A stretch of DNA of 64,000 bases, taken from positions 186,001-250,000 of the IMG/VR virus record IMGVR_UViG_3300024262_006558; one strand, 5' to 3'. The position numbers and the translations under genes were made by a program. Shown one piece after another: positions 1 through 10,155 of this stretch. Below the pieces are notes generated by a model that was given only the letters and a program-made list of their open reading frames with translations, did no database searches and had not been told where the DNA came from. The number at the start of each line of letters is the position of its first letter. Positions within the stretch are counted from its first letter, which is position 1.

Positions 1-130
1 CAAGTTCATTAAAGAACAGTTTGAGGATTCAAACAAAATGTATATCTTAGACTATAAAACTAATGAGTATGTTTCGAATCCAAACTGGATTACTCCAGAG
101 AGGTAATCTCAATTTATATTCAATTTTAAA

Positions 131-160
131 AGCCATGAATTAACGTTCATGGCTTTTTTA
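131..160 (+). terminator. Intrinsic terminator
   Basis: AGCCATGAA-ttaacg-TTCATGGCT hairpin followed by a T-run. Confidence 0.7.
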
Positions 161-208
161 TTGATTTTTTTAAAGTATATAACTACATTATCTTAAAAAG
201 ACAAACTA

Positions 209-811
209 ATGAGAATTGTAAGTAAAGCATTAGACAGGAGGCCAATTGACTTCTTTGCCAAAGACGAGGCTGGAAACGATATATCTATATCACTAGGATA
301 TCATCAATTTATTTTTACTCCAACTAATGAAAAAACTAGAACCATTAACATTCTAGGAAGAAGAGGAAATATATTTATAGATTTTGAAGAAAAACCAGAC
401 TTTGCGGAATACTTTAAAGCGTATACCGTAGCAGATCTAGACAGAATCAAAGCCATTCTTAATGGAGAACTCAAACCAACTACCTCAACCGCTACTAACA
501 GCGTTCAAGTTGAGATGGATGCGAATGAGGCAAAGAATCAGATGATAGAAGAGATTCAAAATGCGGATCCATATGAAGCTTTAAATGTGGCAAAACTAGC
601 TGAAGAAATACCAGCAGCAATACCTAGTTTGCAAGACATATTCGCAAATGATCTTTCTGAATCAGGATTTGAGGATGACGAAATAGAAGAGGTGATCGAA
701 GAAGAAAAACCTAAGAAAAAAATAGCTTCAAAAAAAGGTCCAGGACGCCCAAAGAAAAGAGGTAGACCTAAAAAGAAAAACCCTAGAGGAAGACCTCCTA
801 AAAAGAAATAA
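209..811 (+). CDS. Hypothetical protein with acidic region and C-terminal AT-hook-like repeats
   Basis: Ends KKGPGRPKKRGRPKKKNPRGRPPKKK (three GRP cores) after an E/D-rich tract. Confidence 0.6.
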   Translation: MRIVSKALDRRPIDFFAKDEAGNDISISLGYHQFIFTPTNEKTRTINILGRRGNIFIDFEEKPDFAEYFKAYTVADLDRIKAILNGELKPTTSTATNSVQVEMDANEAKNQMIEEIQNADPYEALNVAKLAEEIPAAIPSLQDIFANDLSESGFEDDEIEEVIEEEKPKKKIASKKGPGRPKKRGRPKKKNPRGRPPKKK

Positions 812-813
812 TT

Positions 814-1074
814 ATGAACTCAAAAGCTTTTAAAATAACAAGAGACGAGTTTGGCAGGAGAAAAAAGACAATCATTCAACATAAGTTAAGAGTGGTCTTA
901 AAATGTTACACTGTATTTAATTTTGTTCTTAATGAAGAAAATGATAATTTTACGTTTAGTAAGAGTTATAAAATTAGAGGTAGAAGAATAGAAGATCAAA
1001 ATATATTACAAGGCTTCTATGAATTGGAAGATCTTGATGATGATCATTTAAAATTGAAGATTTCAGTTCTATAA
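814..1074 (+). CDS. Hypothetical protein
   Basis: ORF tightly packed in an operon, TAATG overlap with the next gene. Confidence 0.6.
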   Translation: MNSKAFKITRDEFGRRKKTIIQHKLRVVLKCYTVFNFVLNEENDNFTFSKSYKIRGRRIEDQNILQGFYELEDLDDDHLKLKISVL

Positions 1075-1778
1075 TGGAGTTAACAAAAAAAGAACAGCAT
1101 ATTATTGACACCTATAAATTAGAAATGGGAGACATTTCTAAAATAAGGGGTATATCTGAAAAACTAGGGACCAACAAGTACTCAGTGTGGATTGCTAAAG
1201 AAGCTAGAAAGAATCCAGAATTACTAGAGGACTACCAAGGTATGTCTAGCGTAATAGATTGGGCTACTGCAAACAAAGCTGATATTTTTCGTTTCTCTTT
1301 TGAAGAAGCGAAAAAAGAAGAGGAAAATTGGCACGAGTCTTTAATTAACAATCCAGTCATATCTGAAAAAATAAAGAACAAAGAAATCGATGAAGATCGA
1401 ATTATTTTTAGATGCAGTGACAATAAATATTTCTTTTATTTATTAAACGAATACGACCTATCAGTAGAAGGTAATCAAATGATGCATTGTGTAGGCGGAG
1501 CTAACTATAAACAAAAAGTTAGGAATGCTGCAGAAAATAAAGGAGGATCCTTTATAGTTTCTTTGAGAGATGAACAGAATAGACCTCATGTTACAATTGA
1601 GATAAATTCCAATACGGGAAACGAAATTCAGATACGAGGAAAAGGGAATAGCAACCTTTCTAGCAAGCTTAAAAAAAAGATAATTGAATTTGCACTTTTT
1701 GCCAGCGGATATCAAAATATCAAAGACAAAGAAATACTGGATCTAATAAACATGAACCTCACACATTTCAACCAATAA
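1074..1778 (+). CDS. PcfJ-like domain protein
   Basis: EGNQMMHCVGG...SLRDEQNRPHVTIEI...QIRGKGN motif typical of PcfJ-like phage proteins. Confidence 0.7.
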   Translation: MELTKKEQHIIDTYKLEMGDISKIRGISEKLGTNKYSVWIAKEARKNPELLEDYQGMSSVIDWATANKADIFRFSFEEAKKEEENWHESLINNPVISEKIKNKEIDEDRIIFRCSDNKYFFYLLNEYDLSVEGNQMMHCVGGANYKQKVRNAAENKGGSFIVSLRDEQNRPHVTIEINSNTGNEIQIRGKGNSNLSSKLKKKIIEFALFASGYQNIKDKEILDLINMNLTHFNQ

Positions 1779-1840
1779 ACTATAAATCTTTTTCTATTTA
1801 TTAAAATAAAGCATTTATTTCAATAAATAATACATAAGAT

Positions 1841-3916
1841 ATGGGGCTGGGTTTACAAACAATCAATGACAGTGATGATCCTAACGCTGGAAAGGATAAG
1901 ATAAATTATAATTTTGGTATACTTGAAAATTTTTCTCCAAGTGGAATAACAAGCGCAAGCTCAGTTTCTTTTAGCGCAACATCAATTAGTGCTACCACGT
2001 TTTATTCAGGAGCTACAGATTTATCATTACTATTTGGATCAGGCGGGGGCGGAAGCAGTGATATCACAAGAGTGCAAAGCGGTGTAAACACATTCACTGG
2101 CGGGACGGATAATTTACCAACGATAAATGTTACTGGATTAACTGTCGACAACATAACGGTTAGCGGAGAGTCATCTTTCACTTCATTAAGTGCGACTACT
2201 TTGTATTCTGGGAGCACAGATTTATCTGACTTGTTCCAAGTCGCTGGAGGTTCAAGTTCACCATTTAGCGGTAATCCAACATTTGGGTCTATTATGGCTA
2301 TTAGTGGAAGCAGTATAGCAACTGGTATAAACTCATTCGCTTCAGGCTATGAAACTATAGCTTCAGCTAACTTCTCTAACGCTGAAGGTTATAGAACTAC
2401 AGCATCAGGTTTAGGATCTCACACCGAAGGTAATACTACAACAGCTTCTGGTTATCAAGCTCATGCTGAAGGTAACAGTACAATAGCGTCAGGTAATAGA
2501 GCTCACGCTGAAGGTCAAGGTACACTAGCATCAAGTGACACAGCTCACGCTGAAGGGTTAAATACAAGAGCAATAAATGCTCCAGGTGCTCACGCTGAAG
2601 GGGTTTCAACCCTAGCTTCTAATTATTGTTCTCACGCTGAAGGTGGATCAACATCAGCTACTACTGCATTTGCTCACTCAGAAGGTAGACAAACTTTAGC
2701 TTCAGGGCTTGCGTCTCACGCTGAAGGTTATCAGACTATAGCATCTAACTCATCTTCACACGCTGAAGGTCAACAAACAACTGCCTCTGGTATTTTCTCA
2801 CACGCTGAAGGACTCGGTTCTGATGCAACTGGATCACAATCTCACGCAGAAGGGCAAGATACCTTAGCATCAGGAAACACATCTCACGCTCAGAACTTTG
2901 GCACTGTTGCTGGAGGTGTATTTTCTCACGCAGAAGGTTATAGAACAACAACTACAGGAAATAATTCTCACGCTGAAGGGTGGAATACGTTAGCTATTGG
3001 CGTAACTTCTCACGCTGAAGGGTATAGAACTCAAGCTTCTGGGCAATACTCTCACTCTCAAGGGTGGTTAACATCAGCTACAACACAAGCCTCTCACGCT
3101 GAAGGGTATAAAACATTATCTTCAGGGTCAAGATCTCACGCTGAAGGAACAAGGACTACAGCTATTGGAGGGGCTTCACACGCTGAAGGTTCATACAATA
3201 GAGCTATAGGGCAAAATTCTCACGCTGAAGGTAATGACACTGAATCCATAGGCGTTTCTTCTCACGCTGAAGGTTTTTCCACATCATCTACAGGTGATCA
3301 TTCTCACGCTGAAGGTGGACAAACGGTTTCCCACGGATTCCGATCACACGCTGGTGGAGATAATTCAATAGCATCTGGGATAACATCTTTTGTTCATTCA
3401 CTTAGATCCACCGTTGAAGCTAATTATGCTGTTATACTTGGTGGCAGCAACAATAGACTAACATCTTTAGCTACTGGATCTACCATACTTGGAGGCACTG
3501 GAATAACTGGTGAAACGGAGAATACTGTATATGCTCCTAATTTTTATGTTCAAGGATCAGTTTCAGCTACTACGTTTTATTCTGGATCTACGGATTTGGG
3601 AGATTTAATTTTAAGCACAAATTCTATATTACCTTTAGTCAATGTTACCGCTGGAGACTCTTTAACGGCGACAACATCAAATAATGTAATAGCAATTAAT
3701 ATAGCGTCTGGAGTTACATACTCACTGCCTGATAATCCAGCACATGGACAATCTTTTGTTATAAAAGACGCCTCTGGACTAGCATCATCAAACAATATAA
3801 CTGTAGACGTTGTCGGAGGCGCCTATCTTATTGATGGCGCCGCTCAAGAGGTTTTGAGCGTTAATTATGAATGGGCTAAATATGTGTTTAACAGTATTCA
3901 ATATCTAAAGATATAA
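1841..3916 (+). CDS. Tail fibre/adhesin-like protein with YadA-head-like 14-aa SHAEG repeats
   Basis: More than 20 tandem xSHAEGxxTxAxG repeats; S/T/G-rich; C-terminal LPDNPAHGQSFVIKDASG fibre-type segment. Confidence 0.7.
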   Translation: MGLGLQTINDSDDPNAGKDKINYNFGILENFSPSGITSASSVSFSATSISATTFYSGATDLSLLFGSGGGGSSDITRVQSGVNTFTGGTDNLPTINVTGLTVDNITVSGESSFTSLSATTLYSGSTDLSDLFQVAGGSSSPFSGNPTFGSIMAISGSSIATGINSFASGYETIASANFSNAEGYRTTASGLGSHTEGNTTTASGYQAHAEGNSTIASGNRAHAEGQGTLASSDTAHAEGLNTRAINAPGAHAEGVSTLASNYCSHAEGGSTSATTAFAHSEGRQTLASGLASHAEGYQTIASNSSSHAEGQQTTASGIFSHAEGLGSDATGSQSHAEGQDTLASGNTSHAQNFGTVAGGVFSHAEGYRTTTTGNNSHAEGWNTLAIGVTSHAEGYRTQASGQYSHSQGWLTSATTQASHAEGYKTLSSGSRSHAEGTRTTAIGGASHAEGSYNRAIGQNSHAEGNDTESIGVSSHAEGFSTSSTGDHSHAEGGQTVSHGFRSHAGGDNSIASGITSFVHSLRSTVEANYAVILGGSNNRLTSLATGSTILGGTGITGETENTVYAPNFYVQGSVSATTFYSGSTDLGDLILSTNSILPLVNVTAGDSLTATTSNNVIAINIASGVTYSLPDNPAHGQSFVIKDASGLASSNNITVDVVGGAYLIDGAAQEVLSVNYEWAKYVFNSIQYLKI
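2370..3360 (+). repeat. 42-bp coding tandem repeat (TCTCACGCTGAAGG core)
   Basis: Core recurs every 42 nt in frame within 1841..3916. Confidence 0.85.
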
Positions 3917-3919
3917 AAT

Positions 3920-3952
3920 AAAAAAAGGGAAGTTAATAACTTCCCTTTTTTT
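3920..3952. terminator. Bidirectional intrinsic terminator
   Basis: AAAAAAAGGGAAGTTA-a-TAACTTCCCTTTTTTT between convergent genes. Confidence 0.8.
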
Positions 3953-4779
3953 TATTTTTCTCCAGCCATCTCGTTTATATCTGCATACTCTCTATCTATC
4001 CATTCACATACTTGCGGAGTGAGAATTTTTTCCCAATTTGGTCTCTTGTATTCTATTTCTTGCCTAATCTTGTGAAGCTCCATACCATGAACGGTATCAT
4101 CCTCTTTAGTTATTTGCTGAACATTGCTTGGATCATAGTCAAAGTGAGGCAAGCCTAATTGATCATGTAATTGATTCATAACTACATTAGTATTAGTTGT
4201 TAGCTCTTTATAGGGAAGTATTATTAACCTATCAGACACCCCTCTATCCAAAGCGTCTCTTGTTCTAGTTATTGAAAGACCAGCCACCGCCTTTACATCA
4301 AGCAGCTGCCTTGCTCTACCACCTATACTTTGAAGATCGTAGAAAGCATTTCCAGAAGGGCTTGGTTTTGTCAAATGATTCTCTCTATGTTTCATTTCAA
4401 AAGAAGCCACAATAGCTTTAACATCTCTTACAGTTACAATAACTTTAATCGGTCTTTGCAAGATATCTTCTAGTAATTCTATATTTGCAATCCACCCTCT
4501 GGATTTATCAAATACAATTTTGTTATTCAAAAACTCTTCAGAATAAAATCCCCACATCATAGCCTTCATAGCGTTTATAATACGAGGCTCTACAGTCTTT
4601 AGACCTTGAGCTTTAAAGCTAATATGGTTTTGCCAGCTATTTCTCAAAGTAACTATCAGCTCTATGAGATCATTAGTGGGTGTAACGTGATTTTGAGAGT
4701 TTTGACCCAATAGATTCATGAGAAGTGTGGAACCACTTCTAGGAAGGCCAGAAACAAAGAATATTGGTAAGTTTTTCAT
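3952..4779 (-). CDS. Sulfotransferase family protein
   Basis: N-terminal PAPS-binding loop SGLPRSGSTLL; DKSRGW; VRDVKAIVASF. Confidence 0.85.
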   Translation of the reverse strand: MKNLPIFFVSGLPRSGSTLLMNLLGQNSQNHVTPTNDLIELIVTLRNSWQNHISFKAQGLKTVEPRIINAMKAMMWGFYSEEFLNNKIVFDKSRGWIANIELLEDILQRPIKVIVTVRDVKAIVASFEMKHRENHLTKPSPSGNAFYDLQSIGGRARQLLDVKAVAGLSITRTRDALDRGVSDRLIILPYKELTTNTNVVMNQLHDQLGLPHFDYDPSNVQQITKEDDTVHGMELHKIRQEIEYKRPNWEKILTPQVCEWIDREYADINEMAGEK

Positions 4780-4833
4780 TAAGTTCTACTTTTTGTAAAA
4801 CTTAATGAAAATTACTTATATACCAAAAAGTTT

Positions 4834-5127
4834 TTAAAGATTGATGACTAAAACCTCATCATTACCAGAAGATTTTTTTGTAGACTCAGAAAGTATCTTT
4901 CCACTTTCCCTTTTTTTATTTTCAGCTAAGAATTTATCTACTTCACTAGCAGCATTCTCCTTTTGCTCACTAATAACCTGAGTACCCTCAGATGCTTTAG
5001 CTTTATTTTCGTTTATAGTTTTAAGAACGTCTTTGTCAGTAATGTAATCCTCAGAGTAAAGAGGTTTTTTCTCTGGATTAACTGATTCTCCTATAAGTTC
5101 TTCAAATCTTTTTGAGTTATTTGACAT
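4834..5127 (-). CDS. Hypothetical protein
   Basis: ORF with upstream TATTTATA. Confidence 0.6.
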   Translation of the reverse strand: MSNNSKRFEELIGESVNPEKKPLYSEDYITDKDVLKTINENKAKASEGTQVISEQKENAASEVDKFLAENKKRESGKILSESTKKSSGNDEVLVINL

Positions 5128-5154
5128 GATTCAATTTTTTCTTTATAAATATGC

Positions 5155-5985
5155 TTATAAAAAAGGAATTCTAAACAATTGATAATTTAAACCAATGCCA
5201 ATTTGAGGCCCCATTCTAACAACTCCGTTACCATCGGTTCCAAATCCATACCCGCCATATATTCCGACAGCTACATTTCCCTTCTTTTTATTTTTGCTAT
5301 TATTGTATTTGGATTTATAATACTCCTCTAACTGAACCGCGTCTAAATTATCAAAAGTAATTTTATTAGTATAAGGATTTGATTTAGCGAAAACTCGATC
5401 TATACCATCTTTATCCTCTTTTATCCCCAGGACAAGACCAATCTTTATTTCAGTGGAATCGAAGTAGGTTGTTCCAGGATCGATATCTAACCCTAGACGC
5501 GTTTTAGAGCCGTCTAAGAACTTTGGATTAGCTAAGAACTCTGATCTACCATGTATCTTTAAAATGCCGTCAGAATCGTTATAAACGAATTTAAGAGAAT
5601 ACTTATTTGAATCTAGTTTTGCCACCGTATTTTTTACGTATCCAGTATCTCTATAAACAATTTTAGTTTTAATTATAATTTTTGGCTTAGACTTCTCTTT
5701 CTTCAATATATCATATTGTTCTTTTAAGTCTTTATTAAGCGAGTCTAGCTCTTTTTTACCCGCAATCAAAGTCGCTTTCTGAGCTATTACTTCTCCATTT
5801 TTAAGAGTTACAGTCTCCACATTTTTGGTAAGAGCTTCTATATTTTGCCTATTCTTTTTGCGTTCATACTTTACTGATCCGCATTGCTTTAAATATAGTA
5901 TTGCTAATATAATAGCAATACCTAGAGTTATCTTTGTTCTATGCGTCCATAGAAATGTCCCTGTACTTTTTACTTTGTTTATCAT
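5155..5985 (-). CDS. Membrane-anchored coiled-coil protein (possible lysis accessory/spanin-like)
   Basis: N-terminal TM helix, coiled coil, C-terminal GxYGGYG..GPQIGIGLNY beta-strands. Confidence 0.5.
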   Translation of the reverse strand: MINKVKSTGTFLWTHRTKITLGIAIILAILYLKQCGSVKYERKKNRQNIEALTKNVETVTLKNGEVIAQKATLIAGKKELDSLNKDLKEQYDILKKEKSKPKIIIKTKIVYRDTGYVKNTVAKLDSNKYSLKFVYNDSDGILKIHGRSEFLANPKFLDGSKTRLGLDIDPGTTYFDSTEIKIGLVLGIKEDKDGIDRVFAKSNPYTNKITFDNLDAVQLEEYYKSKYNNSKNKKKGNVAVGIYGGYGFGTDGNGVVRMGPQIGIGLNYQLFRIPFL

Positions 5986-6003
5986 GGCAATTATAAATAT
6001 CCA

Positions 6004-6258
6004 TTATTTAATAATATCACCAACTCTCCCAAACCACCCTCGTTTTTCCTTAGCTTCTTGCGCAGCTTCCCCTGGAGCTTCTATTCCAACATTTGTTTGA
6101 ACTTCAAGGCCAGACAAAGCTTCATTAAGAAGGTCTTCAACTATTTCTTGAGATAAAACTTTTAACCCCTCTTTTGTAGAGTCATCATTGTGCCAAATAG
6201 CAATTTTGTTATATGTTTTCAAAATTGCGTTATCCATGCTAATTTTCTTTGTATTCAT
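6004..6258 (-). CDS. Hypothetical protein
   Basis: ORF in minus-strand operon. Confidence 0.55.
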   Translation of the reverse strand: MNTKKISMDNAILKTYNKIAIWHNDDSTKEGLKVLSQEIVEDLLNEALSGLEVQTNVGIEAPGEAAQEAKEKRGWFGRVGDIIK

Positions 6259-6694
6259 AATTTATTAATTTAATCCAGTTATTAATTATCGCGTGATCAA
6301 CATTAAACAAAATATTACTCTCAATCAACTTATCCTTTTCATAATATTCTGAATAAGCAATCTTTTTATCGCCTAATATTTTAGTTTTCTTTTTCCATAC
6401 AGTTTCTTTTTCAATATTCAATCGATATTCGTAACTATACTCACCATCTATCCAGATAGAGGATAAATATTTGCTATCTATACTCTTTTCTGTTGAATTT
6501 TCATCAGATCCATTGTATCTTTTTAAATATACTACTCGATCGCTATTGTCTATTTTAACCTCTTCAACATAATTATCATAGTATTTATATAAAGATATGA
6601 TTCCGAATTTGCTAACATAAATTCGCCTTCTACCTTGTTTATCATACACTCTTACTGAAGGGTTCATGTTAAAATGTAATAAACAAATGAGCAA
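6239..6694 (-). CDS. Hypothetical protein (start probably about 6667)
   Basis: ORF track; overlaps the downstream gene. Confidence 0.5.
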   Translation of the reverse strand: MLICLLHFNMNPSVRVYDKQGRRRIYVSKFGIISLYKYYDNYVEEVKIDNSDRVVYLKRYNGSDENSTEKSIDSKYLSSIWIDGEYSYEYRLNIEKETVWKKKTKILGDKKIAYSEYYEKDKLIESNILFNVDHAIINNWIKLINYEYKEN

Positions 6695-7589
6695 ATTACA
6701 AGCTAAGGATGTTTACGGTAAAATAAAGTTCACGTTTATAAACTATGTGATCAAAGCATGTCAAGATGAAATTGAAGTTAAAGAACTTGCTCATCTCATA
6801 AAGAATGCTGATTGGTCCCGTATGGCTGATCATATTTTAACTGATGATAACATAATAGATTACGTAGACTGGTCTCAAATAAAGCCAGCTCAAGCTTTAC
6901 GATCAGCAGCCAGATACAGGGATGTGGCTGAAAAAATTCCTTTGGAAATATACCTTTTTAAAATAAGTGATGTTTTATCATCACTCACTATGCAGCCACA
7001 TTTAATCAATAGAGTTAGAATTGATTTAGAGAACGCTAGTAAAGATGAAATGCTACAATTATGCATGATTGGAAAAGATGAGATTCTTGAAAAAATTAAT
7101 CTTGAGTCTTACGGGTTGAAACCTGCTGATAAGCTAAAGATTTTGAAAGCATTTAACTTTTCAAAGTTATCTGTAGAAAAAACTCAAATACTAACTAAAA
7201 AAATTAAAGATAGATATACTATTAAAGAAATATTATTTTATACTGGAGATAAATATATTGATGATATTGACATAGGTCTATTGGCAAATCAAGATTGGGT
7301 TAACCTATTAAAGGAAAGACCTGAGCTGGTGAGCTATGTAAACATAAACGCCCTTTTAAAGGGCGATATGTATTACTTAGTTATTATTTCTATAAATTTT
7401 CCTGAATTTCTTCAGTATATTACTGATGATAATATCTATAAATTAAGTTCTTTAGGATGGGAAAAGTTAATTATTAAATATCCAGAACAATTTATACATA
7501 GATGCACAACATCTAGCTTAGAGAATAGTAGTTGGCTTAGGATACGGGAGCATTATCCAAATCTTGTACCTTCCTCACTAGGTTCATAA
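6666..7589 (+). CDS. Hypothetical helical-repeat protein
   Basis: 307 aa ORF with recurring W-xx-L-I-xx-xPE segments. Confidence 0.6.
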   Translation: MLKCNKQMSKLQAKDVYGKIKFTFINYVIKACQDEIEVKELAHLIKNADWSRMADHILTDDNIIDYVDWSQIKPAQALRSAARYRDVAEKIPLEIYLFKISDVLSSLTMQPHLINRVRIDLENASKDEMLQLCMIGKDEILEKINLESYGLKPADKLKILKAFNFSKLSVEKTQILTKKIKDRYTIKEILFYTGDKYIDDIDIGLLANQDWVNLLKERPELVSYVNINALLKGDMYYLVIISINFPEFLQYITDDNIYKLSSLGWEKLIIKYPEQFIHRCTTSSLENSSWLRIREHYPNLVPSSLGS

Positions 7590-8127
7590 ACTCGAAATCA
7601 TATTGGCCCTCGATAAATTCTGAGTATTCAGATGAAATGTTTACTTTCTCTTTTTCAGTTAAGTTATTAGCAGTTTCATATACTTGTCGGTGCGATTCTA
7701 GATTTTCTATCCCCCAAGTATTTTCGAAATCAATAAAAGGAAAATAAGTATCCCCTTCTACAATTTCTTGAACTCTAGTTAAATATATTTTATCAGCTAG
7801 ATCCATTGATTGATCATATATGTTTCCGCCTCCAGCGATAAATAACTCTTGTTCACCAGCCATTCTTGCTAATGCTATACCGCTCGCCAAACTATGACAC
7901 ACGTGACACCCTGGAGCTTTATAATCTTTATTTCTTGTCAGGACTATTATTGTTCTACTTGGCAAGGGTTTACCAATTGATTCATACGTGGACCTACCCA
8001 TTATAACATGGTGCCCAGTAGTTATTTTTTTAAATCTTTTAAGGTCTTCAGGGATATGCCATGGCATGTCATTATCTTTACCAATTACCCCATTTGCTGA
8101 CGCAGCTACAATTATTGAAATATTCAT
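7537..8127 (-). CDS. folA: Dihydrofolate reductase
   Basis: IVAASANGVIGKDNDMPWHIPEDLKRFK, VIMGRSTYESIGKPLP, IAGGGNIY, EGDTYFP. Confidence 0.95.
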   Translation of the reverse strand: MNISIIVAASANGVIGKDNDMPWHIPEDLKRFKKITTGHHVIMGRSTYESIGKPLPSRTIIVLTRNKDYKAPGCHVCHSLASGIALARMAGEQELFIAGGGNIYDQSMDLADKIYLTRVQEIVEGDTYFPFIDFENTWGIENLESHRQVYETANNLTEKEKVNISSEYSEFIEGQYDFEFMNLVRKVQDLDNAPVS

Positions 8128-8136
8128 AATTTTAAA

Positions 8137-8409
8137 TTACCCCAAATAATCGGAATTATCAATAGTAGTAGTTAAATTTTGACTTCCCCGCCCCGCTATG
8201 TGAACGCTTGAATCATTAGTAACCCAAGTAATTAAATCCTGTTGAGGAGGACCTATCATAGGCATTGTATTAGGATTAAAACTTGGAGTTTGCGTAAAAG
8301 GAGCTCTTACTGAGTCATTATTTCTATTTTCCTCTTTTAGGGATTTTATTTCTTTCTCAAGACTCTCTAATTTGTTGAGTATCTTTTCAAGCATATAAGC
8401 GTTGTCCAT
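8137..8409 (-). CDS. Hypothetical protein
   Basis: ORF track. Confidence 0.55.
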   Translation of the reverse strand: MDNAYMLEKILNKLESLEKEIKSLKEENRNNDSVRAPFTQTPSFNPNTMPMIGPPQQDLITWVTNDSSVHIAGRGSQNLTTTIDNSDYLG

Positions 8410-8488
8410 AATTAGTTTTTAAATAAATATAACAATCACAATTAATTAAATCAATTATGTTGATAATATATTACCAGTTCCAGACATT

Positions 8489-8752
8489 TTAGTCCAATTG
8501 CTTATTAATCTTTTTCTTCCAAATCTTCAGACTTCCAGTTACCTTATCGATCAGAATTACACCTTTCTTGTACTCGTCATCTTCAAGATGCTTCATGAGC
8601 ATAACCATATCAGATCTTAGCTCTTTTTTTGCTTGACTCCAATCTTCTTTCTTTTTATAAATCAAGTCATATTCCTGGATTTCTTCATCGTTCATGATCA
8701 TATCTTTGATCATTTCTTTGATTTCAGCTTTTAATTTGTCGTTATTATCCAT
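8489..8752 (-). CDS. Hypothetical protein
   Basis: ORF track; upstream TATTTATA. Confidence 0.55.
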   Translation of the reverse strand: MDNNDKLKAEIKEMIKDMIMNDEEIQEYDLIYKKKEDWSQAKKELRSDMVMLMKHLEDDEYKKGVILIDKVTGSLKIWKKKINKQLD

Positions 8753-8860
8753 TATTGTATTCTTTTATTATAAATAGTGCTCTAAAACTCTTTTTGGCTT
8801 ATTCTTTATAATGGTCTCTTTTTTTCCTAATATTTATTTAGGAGAACAAATGCGCGTTTT

Positions 8861-10057
8861 ATGAATGAAAAAATCAACCTTGACTATTGTATCATGAAAA
8901 ACCCATTTGGGTTTGACTGCGAAGATGACTACAGCATATTTTTCACTAAAAAAGGCTTAGTTGATATAGATGATTCCCTTAAGCAGGAAGATCAGTATAG
9001 TAAGTTAGTGGACTTTCTTAAATCTAAAGGATACCTTGAAACGGATGACTTTAAATTTGAGTACATAGATAATAAGCTTAAATTAAAAAGGCTTAATATT
9101 GACCAAATCAAAAATATGTTAGAAAAAGCTGGAGCTAGATACAATCCCAAATTCGAACAAACTATTCAGGAAAGCTATGACCAGATCATGGGAGACTTAG
9201 ATCCAGAACTTCTAAGGGGAGCTTTTGAGATCATGCAAAATGATACTGATTTAGTAGAAATACTTCAAAGCCCAGAAGAATACATAGAAGAAGCTAAGAT
9301 GGAAGAAAATAAAGAAAACAAAAAAAAGAAAATAACAGATAAGATCAAAAGAAAGATAAATGTCCCCAAAGTTGGAGACAAGATTATGCTGAGTCTTTAT
9401 CTATTTTTGCAATGCACCTATCTTGAGGATGAGTCTGACTTTGACATAGACCTTCACACATCATTGACGCTTAAGAACAAAAAGAGTCAAGCATATAGAA
9501 GCTATATAAAGGTAATAAATACAGAATTTGAAAGAACTGAAGATTTAGACGGTGTAATGGTTTTAAAATCAGTTAGAGACAAAGGGGATTTCTTAAAAGA
9601 AATAAGCTTCTTATATGATGGCTTTTTTGATATAGTTAAATTGAAAGATTATACTAATGAACAATTATTCTTTGAAAAGAATAGATTCTTTTTTTGCATG
9701 ATGGATGTTAAAGATAGAATTAGAGAAGAGGAACGCTTAGTTCTTGAAATAGAAGATAATGATGAATACTTTGGTATGATAGATATTTCTGATGAGATAC
9801 TTGAAGAGCTTGAAGAGCAGAAAGATCACATGTTAAAAATTGAAGACATTGAAGACATGACTGAAGACGTATTAGATATATTAGAAAGTAAAATGTTTGA
9901 CTTCTCTGAAGATGAAGAATTTTTAGAAGCAGCAAGAGTAAAAAAAGAAATCGGTTATATAAAAAATGTTGTTGACAAGTTAGTTGAGGATAAAGGTGAG
10001 GATGGGGAGATTAACTTCCACGAGTTCCACGCTTTATTACCAGTGAAACCAAGTTAA
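8861..10057 (+). CDS. Acidic hypothetical protein with C-terminal UVR-like motif
   Basis: 398 aa; EEFLEAARVKKEI resembles a UvrB/C coiled-coil motif. Confidence 0.6.
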   Translation: MNEKINLDYCIMKNPFGFDCEDDYSIFFTKKGLVDIDDSLKQEDQYSKLVDFLKSKGYLETDDFKFEYIDNKLKLKRLNIDQIKNMLEKAGARYNPKFEQTIQESYDQIMGDLDPELLRGAFEIMQNDTDLVEILQSPEEYIEEAKMEENKENKKKKITDKIKRKINVPKVGDKIMLSLYLFLQCTYLEDESDFDIDLHTSLTLKNKKSQAYRSYIKVINTEFERTEDLDGVMVLKSVRDKGDFLKEISFLYDGFFDIVKLKDYTNEQLFFEKNRFFFCMMDVKDRIREEERLVLEIEDNDEYFGMIDISDEILEELEEQKDHMLKIEDIEDMTEDVLDILESKMFDFSEDEEFLEAARVKKEIGYIKNVVDKLVEDKGEDGEINFHEFHALLPVKPS

Positions 10058-10155
10058 CAAAATTTACCTACCGCATTATTAAAAGACGACTATTTGTAAT
10101 GGTCGTCTTTTTTAGTATATTTGATGTTCGAAGTAATAAACATTTAAAAAAAACT

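Noticed and set aside
1232-2951. Short antisense ORFs (1232, 1461, 2002, 2745 and similar ones elsewhere)
   Set aside because: Fully nested opposite well-supported genes, with no recognisable motifs.
2370-3360. Regularly spaced TCTCACGCTGAAGG as a CRISPR array
   Set aside because: The 42-nt period is in frame and encodes the SHAEG protein repeat.
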